From assembly GCF_001194135.2 (NCBI RefSeq), contig NC_068983.1, positions 107,755,152 to 107,818,033 of the forward strand: a stretch of DNA of 62,882 bases, read 5' to 3'. A model generated the notes under the pieces. It was not told the origin of the DNA. It was given only the letters and a program-made list of their open reading frames with translations, and searched no databases. Every line of letters starts with the position of its first letter. Position 1 is the stretch's first letter. This stretch comes from Octopus bimaculoides (lineage: Eukaryota). Shown one piece after another: positions 1 through 11,490 of this stretch. The translations under genes and the position numbers were made by a program.

Positions 1-13
1 AATAAATGAGTAT

Positions 14-480
14 ATGCATATATACGTACAGGTATGTGCATACCTACGTCTACCTGTGTATATAGGTGCGTATCTGGGTACAGGACATTGCAAACAAAAC
101 GTAGACAAGAAAATAATAATAACCAGAGTACAGAAAACACACAGGCCACATAGAGAACATTTTCCTTCATCAACTACCCCCATTTTAACACCGGCGTTTT
201 GAAGAGTAGAGCAGGACGCATCGTTAAAATGGCTCTTCCTATGGACCGCAAATTAAATTTGTATACACAAATTAAACTTGTGCCATGGAGAAATGTAGTG
301 GCGGACAAAAAACAAGACAGGAAAACAAATGGAAAAGAAAACAAGACAGGAAAACAAGCGGAAAAGGCTATACAGCCAGACGTGAAAAATTATGTGTATA
401 ATGAACGCTGTGAGGCACGAACTGAAAGCGGGACGAAGTAAGTTCGTGTGTTTGCTCGGCGATAGCCAAGGAAGAAAAGG
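14..480. repeat. Dispersed CpG-rich repeat, copy 1 (unclassified)
   Basis: Aligns by eye with 4203-4569 over most of its length, e.g. shared GCAGGACGCATCGTTAAAA and CTATGGACCGCAAATTAAATTTGTATACACAAATTAAA. Confidence 0.8.
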
Positions 481-1389
481 ATTAGTGACCAACACAGTTT
501 ACACCTAGAAAATTTTCCATTCATGAGGTAATAGTCATCATAACACTATGTTAGTAGACACTTGTTTAAAGTGCTGCATAGCGAGTTCAAAACAAAGAGC
601 CATGCGGTTGTGAAGTGAACTTCTTAACAGTTGAGCTTAAACTGCTAAATACATCCCTGTATTTTTACAACTTTTGGATGCCTTAATATGTTCTCATTAT
701 TTGCACATTAACTTTTTTTTCATCAACAATACTAGTGGATACCCATGGAAAATTCATGAGTGATAAATATTAATTTTTGTAGTTAATTACTTGTGGCAAA
801 CTGTATTGAAAAGGTATGATTTAATAAAAACGACTTCGTCTTTAGCATTTAATAAATAATAAAATATACATGCAAATATATCATATATATGTATGCATGT
901 GTGTGTAATATATCATTTGTGGGTATGTATATATGACTACACATGGACAGTTAAACTAATATACATTTCTGTTCAGTATTCAGTTAACTAAAGTGCAGAC
1001 ATAATGAGAGAGTCACATCTCAACTAACTAAATGATCTGTCAGTATTTTTACTGTGGGCCAGTGGACTAGACAGAAAGATAGAAAGAGAAAAGTAGATAG
1101 AGGGGGGAGGGAGAGAGACATTGCAAATTATATCAGCAATTTTAATCTATAAAACAACCACTGGCTAATATATTTCAGGTTTGTTTTATAATTATGCTAG
1201 TTTTGCAATAACTCCTAATATCATTAAGCCTGTTTTTGTAATATTGCAACTGCAGTGAATGATTATTTGATATTGAAGTTTATTCAAATTGTTTATTGTT
1301 ATAATATTTCTAACAAAAGCTAAGCTTTGCAGTGCTGATTTCCTGACATATATTATATTTAGAAATGCTTTTAAGGAATGAAAGATGTC

Positions 1390-1984
1390 TACCTTTTCAT
1401 ATGTAATAATCAACAGGGTTGCAGACTGGGAAGTTAGATGGCCAGATGTAGGGGCGATGTGGTCACAGAAATTGTCTGACAGCCATGACTGGGTTCTTCT
1501 GCTTGTGTGGCATAGTGCAGAGTCCTGTTCCCAGACATATGGTCTTCCAGTAGCCACCCTCTTGACCCAGGGCAGCACTACCTCCACCAGGCACTTGATG
1601 TAGGCCTCTATGGTGGGCCATGTTGGAAGATGAATGGATGCATAACATCGCCATCACTAGTGATCACTCCAAACACCATGATGTTGACTGGGCATTTGAT
1701 TTTCATCACTCTCGGTACATGTTTTGGGGACATGGTAAGCCAATGGTTGTTCTGTGTGTTCACTATTTGTTTGTATTTGAGCTTCCTGCACAAATGCCAA
1801 GCAGTACAGAATATCATTTCTAAATTTCTGGCTGAGAGAATTGGATCATGGTGCTGTTTTTCCCACAGACAATGCCCAACTGACCCTACTATAGTGTTTT
1901 GTCGACAGAATCAGAAACAAACAATGTGCATGCATGCACGAAATCAAAAATTTGGAATGGCAACATTTTACTCATCACACCCTG
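1390..1984 (-). mobile_element. Truncated maT/DD37D-type transposon with frameshifted transposase
   Basis: Minus-strand fragments IMVFGVITSDG, VWEQDSALCH and WPSNFPVCNPVDYY; restoring one deleted base gives 37 residues between the 2nd and 3rd Asp; end CAGGGTGTGATGAG at 1984 abuts TA. Confidence 0.8.
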
Positions 1985-2035
1985 TATATATATATATATA
2001 TTATATATATATGCACACACACACACACACACACA

Positions 2036-3656
2036 CACTGGCCAAAATATGTTTATGACTGATGATGACATTCCTTCATTAATTTATTTTTAACAAAACT
2101 GTATAAAATTATTTTTCATTATACAATCTATGTAGAATTTTGTTCTCTTTCAAATGATATAGGCATTATATATCTTTCTGCAATTTGAATAATTTTAATG
2201 TGCAATTAATTCAAATGTTTAAAAATTGTCAGCAAAATAAGTTTAAAACCATACCAACATTATTTTGTTTGAATTAAAAATTTACAACACAAAAGATTAA
2301 CAAACAAAAATTTATTATTAGTATCTGGTTCCATAACCGTTATTTTCAATCATGGACTTACAATGGTGGGACATAGAGTTTGACAAATGAGCACAAAAAT
2401 CACTTGGAATGTTCTACCATATTTCTTCAGTAAAATTATATAATTGGGACAAATTTGTTAAATTTTTAGCATGATCTCTTCTAGAAACATAATTCCATAA
2501 ATTTTGTATCAGATTCAAATCTGGGCTCTGCAGAGGCCTCTCAATAACCACCATGTTATTGCACTCAAAATATTGCAAATTTCCTTGCCTTATTATGAAC
2601 AGGGCAATTGTCCTGCTGGAAAATAGATCCCGGTGGTATCTGATCATTTAAATATGGCAGCACATATTTATTTACTAATAGCCTACACTGTTCAGTCTGC
2701 CATCAATCTTAACATTTGGACCAACAACTAAGCTGTTGAACATGGCCCACACCATTACCCCCCCCCCCTCCTGCTTGCAGTGTTTTCTTGATCACTTAGG
2801 ATGGAATTCTTCAGTTGGATGGCGTCTAACATAAGTCTTTCTGTCTCATCCAAAAATGCAGAAGTGGGATTCATTGCTCCAAAGAACTTTTAACCAATCT
2901 CTGGCTGTCCATTCAATATGGCTTTTAGCAAACTTGATCCACTTCTGCTGGTTTGTCTCAGAAATTATTAGCTTCTTTTGAGTGATCCAGCTGAACAGTC
3001 CAAATTCTTTTAGGTGGTTTCTTACAGTTTGTGGTGTAAAGCTGATGTCAGTTTCATCAGATAATTGCTTGTAAATGTCCACTGCTGTTAGCATTTGGTT
3101 ACTTTCAGAGAACCTATGAATTCACTGATCCATCTGTACCGTTGTTTTTCTCAGAGCGCCCATTCTTTGCCAATCTTTGTATTGGCCAGTGGCTTAATAA
3201 AGCTTCCATGCTTGAATACAACCCATTTTGCTGCATCCTAATTGCTTGCTAATGTTCATGAAGGACACATTTTGCTGATGAAGCAACACAATCTTTGATC
3301 TAGTAACTGGGCTGATACTACAGCGCTTTCCCATAGCGAATTAATGTGTAACATTGCTCGATTATTAAACATAACAGTGCAGTACGACCAGCCATTTGAC
3401 CACCCATTTGGTTATTAATTTGCATAATCTTGGTGCAGTCTTAAACTTATTTTGCTGACAATTTCTAATCATTTGAATTAATTGCACATTAAAATTATTT
3501 GAATTGTGGAAACATATATAATGCCTATATCATTTGAAAGAGAAAAAATTCTACATAAACAGTAAAAAGTAAAATAATTACATACAGTTTTGTTAAAAAT
3601 ATATTTATGAAGGAATAGAACTGTCATCATCGGTTTTAAATTTACTTTAGCCAGTG
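2036..3656 (-). mobile_element. Full-length but decayed Tc1-like transposon
   Basis: About 185-bp imperfect terminal inverted repeats (CACTGG.../...CCAGTG followed by TA); transposase fragments DWLKVLWSNESHF, FQQDNCPVH and QSPDLNLIQNLW. Confidence 0.9.
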
Positions 3657-3660
3657 TATA

Positions 3661-3760
<100 letters not shown>

Positions 3761-3785
3761 CATACACACACACACACACATACAT

Positions 3786-3990
3786 ATCATCATCATCGTC
3801 CTCCTCATCATCATTTAACGTCCATTTTCCGTGCAGGCATGGCTTGGACAGTTTGACAGGAACTAGCCAGCCAGGGACTTGTCCAGACTCTGATTGTCTG
3901 TTGTGGCTTAGTTTCTATGGCCGGTTGCCCTTCCTAATGCCAACCACTCCACAGAGTGTGTTGTGTGCTTTTTACATGCCACTAGCATGA
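3786..3990 (-). mobile_element. RTE-like LINE 3' end fragment
   Basis: Reverse complement of the tail GGAGTGGTTGGCATTAGGAAGGG...GGACGTTAAATGATGATG also seen at 5500-5650. Confidence 0.8.
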
Positions 3991-4054
3991 GTACATTTAT
4001 GCAACACTGGTATGAGTGCATTTCCTGCAGCACTGACACCTGCAAGGAACAAGC

Positions 4055-4096
<42 letters not shown>

Positions 4097-4202
4097 NNNN
4101 NNNNNNNNNNNNNNNNNNNNNNNNNNNNNNNNNNNNNNNNNNNNNNNNNNNNNNNNNNNNNNNNNNNNNNNNNNNNNNNNNNNNNNNNNNNNNNNNNNNN
4201 NN

Positions 4203-4567
4203 TATACGTACAGGTATGTGTGTACCGACATCCACCTGTATGTATAGGTGCATATCTGGGTACAGGACATTGCAAACAAAACGTAGACGAGAAAACACAC
4301 AAGCCACAAAGAGAACATTCTACTTCATCAGCTACCCCCGTTTTAACACCAGCGTTTCGAAGATCGAGGCAGGACGCATCGTTAAAACGGCTCTTCCTAT
4401 GGACCGCAAATTAAATTTGTATACACAAATTAAATCTTGCCATGGAGGAATGTAGTGGCGGACAAAAAACAAGACAGGAAAACAAACAGAAAAGGCTATA
4501 CGGCCAGACGGGAAAAATTATTTGTGTATGAACGCTGTGAGGCACGAACTTGAAAGGGACGAAGTAG

Positions 4568-4569
<2 letters not shown>
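4203..4569. repeat. Dispersed CpG-rich repeat, copy 2
   Basis: Direct-orientation copy of 14-480 with substitutions and indels. Confidence 0.8.
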
Positions 4570-4605
<36 letters not shown>

Positions 4606-4611
4606 TGTGTG

Positions 4612-5652
4612 TATCACTCAGGATGAAAGGTAGACCGTATGATGCATGTGTGTAAACTGCCATGCTACACGGCGGTGAAACATCGGCCATGACTACTGAG
4701 GACATGCATAGGCTTGAAAGAAATGAAGCTTGTATGATCGGTTGGATGTGTAATGTCAGTGTGTATACACAACAGAGTGCTAGCGAAAAGCTGGACATAA
4801 GAAGCATCAAATGTGGTGTGCAAGAGAGTTGGCTGTGCTGGTATGGTCATGTGTCACATATGGATGAGGACAACTGTGTGAGGAAGTGCCACACCCTAAC
4901 TGTGGAAGGAACCTGCAGAAGAGGTAGACCCAGGAAGTCAAGGGATGAGGTGGTGAAGCATGACCTTTGAACATTGGGCCTCACAGAGGCAATGACAGGA
5001 GACTGAAACCTTTGGAGATATACTGTGATTGAGAAGCCCCAACAACTTAAGTGAGGTTGCAACCATGGCTGATGCCAGTGTTGCATGTCTAGCCCATTTA
5101 AAAGTACCCTTGATGCATCAGGTGATATGATATGCTTGAGAAGACCGGTTGAGTCAAGCAAAACTAAAATCGTAGTTGTGGCCAGTGCTACCTGACTGGC
5201 TCCCATGCCAGTGGCATGTAAAAAGCACCATCTGAATGTGGTCGATGCCAGGTCCGCCTGACTGGCTCCTGTGCTGGTGGCACGTAAAAAGCACCATCCA
5301 AACATGGTCGATGCCAGTGCCCCCTGACTGGCTCCCATGCCAGTGGCATATAAAAAGCACCATCTGAACACAGTTAATGCCAGGTCCACCTGACTGACTC
5401 CTGTGCTGGTGGCACGTAAAAAGCACTATCCAAACATGATCAATGCTTGACCCACCTGACTGGCTCCGGTGCCAGTGCCACATAAAAAGCACCCACTACA
5501 CCCTTGGAGTGGTTGGCATTAGGAAGGGCATCCAGCTGTTGAAACATTGTCAGATCAGTTTGGAACCTGGTGCAGCTGCTGGCTTTCCAGACCTCAGTCA
5601 AACAGTCCAATCCATGCCAGCATGGAAAATGGACGTTAAACGATGATGATGA
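4612..5652 (+). mobile_element. 5'-truncated RTE-like LINE (C-terminus after the RT domain plus 3' UTR)
   Basis: ORF 4662-4970 with LCWYGHVSHM and GRPRKS motifs; ends in (GAT)n tail. Confidence 0.85.
5183..5500 (+). repeat. 66-bp minisatellite, about 4.8 units, in the LINE 3' UTR
   Basis: Units start at 5183, 5249, 5315, 5381 and 5447; core CTGACTGGCTCC..TGC..GTGGCA..TAAAAAGCAC. Confidence 0.9.
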
Positions 5653-7489
5653 TATATATATATCTATATCTATCTATTTATATACATATATGTATCTATC
5701 TGTCTACCAATCTATATATTTATTTATCAATATCTATTTATACATATCAAAGCCAGATGTAGAGGATTCTTTGGAAACAATGTGATCCAATAATTGTTGT
5801 TGTTAGGCCTAACTTGGCCTAACAATAAAGTAAATCATGAGCGATATCCAAGCTACAGTGGAGAAGACAAGCCACTGAATTTGGTTAAAAAGAGATGAGC
5901 AATGGCTAGAAGAATATTGAGGGAAGTCTATTAACCAGTTAATCTATCAAGTGGGGCCTCAGCTCAGTAAGGAGTGCCAGTGTGCAATAATGTCATTGAG
6001 AGGAAAGCCCCCATAATGGTACATTCTCTCCTGATGACCCCACAAACCTACTAGTACCAAATATGTGTAGCACTTGTATCTGTAAATTGTTTGCAAATAA
6101 TATACAAATGTGTGTATATATCTATATATCCATTCAGTTTGTTTATGGGAAACATTTTGAATATGCATACAAAAGCTCCTATTTTATTAAGCCGGTTACA
6201 ACCTAACAATACCAACTGTCAATAATAACATTTGGGGATTGCACCAAGCTGTGCTGGTATAATGCTGGATAAATATAGTATTGAAAATCATGGAATTTAT
6301 AAATATTTTAATGCATCACTATGCACATCTCCACAAATCATAGTCCATATTCATGGGATGATTATAGTACAGACCAACATAGCTTCTCTGGATATCAGGT
6401 GGATCATATTCACGCATTCATTTCTTCAGGCGATATATATATATATATATGATATCACTCACTGGTTGTAAAAGCATTCCACCATCATATAAGAGTGTTG
6501 ATCATTTCCACTGTTCCATGGAAACATGTCTGGCCATGGAAAAAAATAGCTTAGTTGGTAACAAGCAAGAGTTGGGGACTGAAAAGGCATCCGGCCATAG
6601 AAGATCTACCTTAACAAATTCCAGCTCATTCATACAAGTATGGAAAAGTGGACATTAAATTGATGATGATGATGATGATGTTAATGATTACGGCAATGAT
6701 GATGAAAACAGCAATGAAGATGTTGATGCTGATTAAATTTAAAAAGGCAAAGGAAAAATTAGGAGAAGAAACAGTAATCACAAAGAGACTTAAACCACTT
6801 AACCTTGCTATGGTCCATGTATATTACTATAATGTTTCTGGTGCTGCACCATTTCGCACATGGCTGATTGGTTTTTGTAGTCCTTTCATAGTTTGATGAC
6901 ACTTTATATTCATCACTCTTGATTTTAAGCTGAAATTTCATCAAAGGCATTTTTGCCTTTCATTTCTTAAGTGTTGATATAATAAACAGTGTTGTGTACT
7001 GGAATAGAGTTACTGAGCTGTATCTTTCATCGAGAAACAACTGGCTTGTTGCCCATTCAGAATAAATCAATATTATGTGTTGCTTCTGGTGATTGTGATC
7101 AGCCAATAGCCCTTATATCCCACTATTTGTAGCTTTAAATATACGACCCCTAATTTAAAGGAGTGAAATATTTTTTTTCTGTCTCTTGGAGTAGTTCAAG
7201 TGAATATACATAAGTTTCTTCATTGGCTTGGCAATATTTTGAATATAGTATTTCACTAAGACAAAACACTGTTTAATATCTGAAGTCAAAAATATATTCT
7301 TTTATATTTTCTTAAATGCTGTCACCCAATTCCATGTCAGTGACAGCATTTAATCAATAAATTTAGTTAGATCAACACAATTAAGAAAAAAAATTTGTGC
7401 TCCGTTTAATGAAGCATTAAATCTATTATTAAACTAGAATTGTTCCCAAACCTCCTTTAAAGTTATTAATTTATGCTTTTATCTTTTAC

Positions 7490-7770
7490 TTGTTTCTCTC
7501 ATTGGTGGTGCACCAGCAAAAGTCAAACAAATAAGTCTGGTAGTTATTTTATCGGTCTCTTTTGCTGAGCTGCAAAGTTATAGGGACATAAACTGACACC
7601 TGTTGTCAAGCAGTGGTGGTGGGACAAACACAACTACTCACACACACATGTATGCATGTATGCACAACAGGCTTTCAAGGCATTGGTTGGCCCTGAGTTA
7701 TAGCAGAAACAATTGCCCAAGATACTGAGCAGTAGGACTGAACTTGAAACTACATGGTTGCAAAACAAGC
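7490..7770 (-). mobile_element. Degenerate tRNA-derived SINE (family A)
   Basis: Similar to the reverse complement of 14969-15365. Confidence 0.65.
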
Positions 7771-8284
7771 CATGCCTGCAAAGAAAACACTTATAATACC
7801 GTGTATTACTGTAGTAGTCCTCCTCACTAATGCTGTTGCTTTGCTTTCCTAATCTGTTTGTTTACACTTGTTCACATTTATTAAATAGAAACATATCTGA
7901 TGAAGAATCCAAGTTTAATTCTTTAATTTATGGATAATGTAATATTTAAAAGCACATTTATTTTTAATTATTGTAATTAATTGGTAGAATATTTCCACTG
8001 AATCGGAAAGAAAGTCTATGACATTTAGCCAGCCAATTATAGTGTGCAACCAATCACTGTATACCGTTGAACTATGTACACAAGCAGCTATTATTCTACA
8101 ATAATGAAAATTATTGCAACCACCTTAACTATCAACAATCAGATTGAATAATGATGTAAGGCTTACACCTTTATGATAAGGAATTTGGGTAATAATGAGA
8201 GTATGTTGGATTGGTTTCTAAATGGAATTTTCTGCTATTCTTGCTTGTTAATGCAAGATATCTTCCAATGTATACAAGTAAAGC

Positions 8285-8500
8285 TGTAAACTGGTAGAAT
8301 TGTTAGCATGGACAAAGCACTTTGTGGCATTTCATCTGTCGTTAGTTTTTATGTTCTGAGTTTGAATTCTGCCAACGTTGACTTCGCCTTGCATTGTTTC
8401 ATAGTAGATAAAATAAGTACCAGCTGAGCACTGGGATTGATGCAATTGACTCAACCACTTCCTGAAATTGCTGGAACTGTGCCAAAATTTAAAATCAGTA
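8285..8500 (+). mobile_element. Short tRNA-like SINE (family C)
   Basis: TTCTGAGTTTGAATTC...GATAAAATAAGTACCAG...GTGCCAAAATTT, shared with many copies in the window. Confidence 0.75.
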
Positions 8501-8554
8501 ATAAAAGTGTGCACGTGTGTGCACAAATACTGGTCAGTAGTGTATGTGTGTCTA

Positions 8555-8617
<63 letters not shown>

Positions 8618-8706
8618 TTTTCCCTATTTCTCTCTTTGTCGCCTTATTCCTTTACTCTTCTATGCCATCATTTCATTAATCTATACCCTTTTCATTTTCC
8701 CTCTTT

Positions 8707-8762
8707 GTCTCTGATGACAGAATATCCCATACTCTGGGATATCCCAGAAACAGCTGTAAGAC
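8707..8762 (+). ncRNA. Type I hammerhead ribozyme motif, base of stem II mutated
   Basis: GTCT-CTGATGA(8711-8717)-stem II ATATCCCA/TGGGATAT-GAAA(8747-8750)-palindrome ACAGCTGT-site GTA-AGAC. Confidence 0.85.
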
Positions 8763-9889
8763 TTTGAATTTTTTGCCTTGCCTCACTACTTTAATCAATA
8801 TGCACACACACATATATATGTACATCATACATATATACATAAATATATATATACATATATATATGTATATATATAGACATGCACATGCTTATATATATAC
8901 ACACACACAAACACATAAATAATTTTAATAATTTTAATTATATATATACACATATATACATATATACATATNNNNNNNNNNTATATATATATATATATAT
9001 ATAAAAGAGAGAGAGAGAGAGAGAAACAGACAGACAGACAGACAGAGAGAAAATGTTAGATACAGCTAAGATTTTTTTGTAGTAGTGTTAATTGGCATAA
9101 GTATGTCAATTTAATTTGACTGAAAGCATTGCAAGTTCTTCATGTAACCAACTATATGTTCAGTTATACTGGAAGGATATCATCATCTTTACATTTAAAT
9201 TGAGATACAATTTTAAATTTAAATATTTATATATTTATACTGAAGCATATACATGCTTTCATACACAAACACATATATCTAATACCAAAACAAACCAACC
9301 AAAAATGAAATATAACAATGAAAAACATATGAGAAGGAGAGTAAAATTTTCTCAAAATTAGTATTTGTTAGAGTGCTTATACATAAATTATAGACAGCTC
9401 ATATATTATGGAGAGAACTCTTCCGTCACAACAAATTAAAAGGAAGTACTTTATGAGAAACAAACACAATCCTCATGCATTTACTAACAAACCAAAAACA
9501 TTTAACAAGGTTTCATGTATTTCTGTCAAAGAGGAATTGAGAAAGCTAGGCCTGTAACTATGTCAATGAAGTAGGATGGGGCTAAATTTTGGGTCGAAAT
9601 TTGCTAAATATTTAATGTGGTATTTATAGTTCATTAAAGTGTCTACGAAACCTCCATGTTCAAGTAATTGTTACTTAATCCTCTTAGTACCATCTTTGTT
9701 CAATACCTGCTTCACAGCTTTCTGACCATCCAGTCTAGAAGGCTGTGAGGCAACTCTTGAACAAAGGTTGTTAAAGTTGTGTTAATTCAGTATTTACTTG
9801 TAAAATTTTAGATTACTGGAAATAACACAATAAAACTACTGAAAAATAACAATGAAAACTAATGGCAGCATACTCATAGTCTTTTAACT

Positions 9890-10077
9890 TTTACTTGTTT
9901 CACTTATTGCACTTTGGCCATGCTGGAGTATTACTTTGAAAGGTTCTGTTAAACAAAGCAGTCCCAGTACTTTTTCTTTTTGTAAGGTCTCTTTTGCCAA
10001 ACGAAGTTATAGGGACAGAAACAAACCAACACCAGTGATGGGGTACAAACACAAAGACATACTATAGATATATATAC

Positions 10078-10108
<31 letters not shown>

Positions 10109-11228
10109 CGACAGAGTGTAAGTACTTTGAGAGAAAAGTTAGACCTAAGAAGCATCAGCTGTGGTGTGCAAGAGAGATGATTGTGCTGGTATGGACATGT
10201 GGCAAGAATGGATGAGGATAGCTGTGTAAAAAAGTGCCACACCCTAGCAATTGAGGGAACCTGTGGAAGAGGTAGACCCTGGGATGAGGTCGTGAAACAC
10301 AACCTTCGAACATTAGGCCTCATCGAGGCAATGACTAGTGAACGAGACCTTTGGAAATATGCTGTGTGTGAGAAAACCCGGCAAGCCAAGTGAGACCATA
10401 ATCTGTGGCCTCTGCCAGGGGTGTAGACAACCCATTTATTCATACCTTTACTTCATTGGACACTAAGAACCCTGCTTGCGAAGACCTGTTGAGGCAAGTG
10501 AATTTGGAATTTGAAATCTGAAATCAAAATCGAACCGAATCCGATGACTGGCATCCATGTCAACCTCTCCTTCATTAGACACTAAACACTGCTTGCGAAG
10601 ACCTGTTGGGGCAAGTGAAATCATAATTGAACCATACTCAATGACTGGCACTTGTGCCAGTGGAGCACTAACAGCACTAACAGCACTGTCCGGGCATGTT
10701 CATTGCCAGAGCAGCTGTCTGGCTTCCGTACTAGTGGCCCGTAAATAGCACCATTTGAGCATAATCGTTACCAGCGTTGCCTTCTAGCACTTGTGGTGGT
10801 GCCGCTGGACTGGCTCCCGTGCAGGTGACATGTAAAAAACACCTTTTTGAGCGTGGCTGTTACCAGTACTGTGTGACTGGCCTTCGTGCCGGTGGCACGT
10901 AAAAGCACCCACTACACTCTTGGAGTGGTTAGCGTTAAGAAGGGCATCCAGCTGTAGAAACTCTGCCAGATCAGATTGGAGCCTGGTGCAGCCTTCTGGC
11001 TTGCCAGTCCTCAGTCAAATCATCCAATCCATGCTAGCATGGAAAGCGGACGTTAAACGATGATGATGGTGATGATGATATACAATGGGCTTCTTTCAGT
11101 TTCTGTTCACCAAATCCACACATAAGGCTTTGGTCTGCTTGGAGTTGTAGTAGAAGACATTTGCATAAGGTACTACACAGTAAGACTGAACCCAAGGCTA
11201 CCTGGTTGACAAGCAAACTTCTTAACCA
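9890..11228 (-). mobile_element. Family A SINE split by a nested LINE insertion
   Basis: SINE 3' half at 9890-10070 and 5' half at 11078-11228, separated by an RTE-like fragment. Confidence 0.7.
10110..11077 (+). mobile_element. 5'-truncated RTE-like LINE
   Basis: WYGHVARMDEDSCVKKCHTLAIEGTCGRGRPW; same 3' UTR and (GAT)n tail as 4612-5652. Confidence 0.85.
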
Positions 11229-11269
11229 AAAACAGTCAGGCCATTAAGAATAGTGTAGAAAGGAAATAT

Positions 11270-11490
11270 TGGTTTTAAATTTTGGCACAAGGCCAGCAAT
11301 TTGGGGGGAGAGGGTAAGCTGATTATATGGACACCAGTCATCAACTGGTACTTATTTTATTGATCCCAAAAGAATAAAAGACAAAGCTGACCTCGGTGAA
11401 ATTTGAACTCAGAATGTAAAGATGGATGAAATACCACTAAGTATTTTATCTTTTGCCCAGTATGCTAATAATTCAGCCAGTTCGCTGCTT
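11270..11490 (-). mobile_element. Family C SINE
   Basis: TTGGCACAAGGCCAGCAATT...AATTTGAACTCAGAA. Confidence 0.8.

Noticed and set aside
4320-4410. Minus-strand GAAAC and CTGATGA in the dispersed repeat, with a GAAGA/TCTTC stem
   Set aside because: Order and spacing do not give a hammerhead: the cleavage triplet would be GUG and there is no stem I
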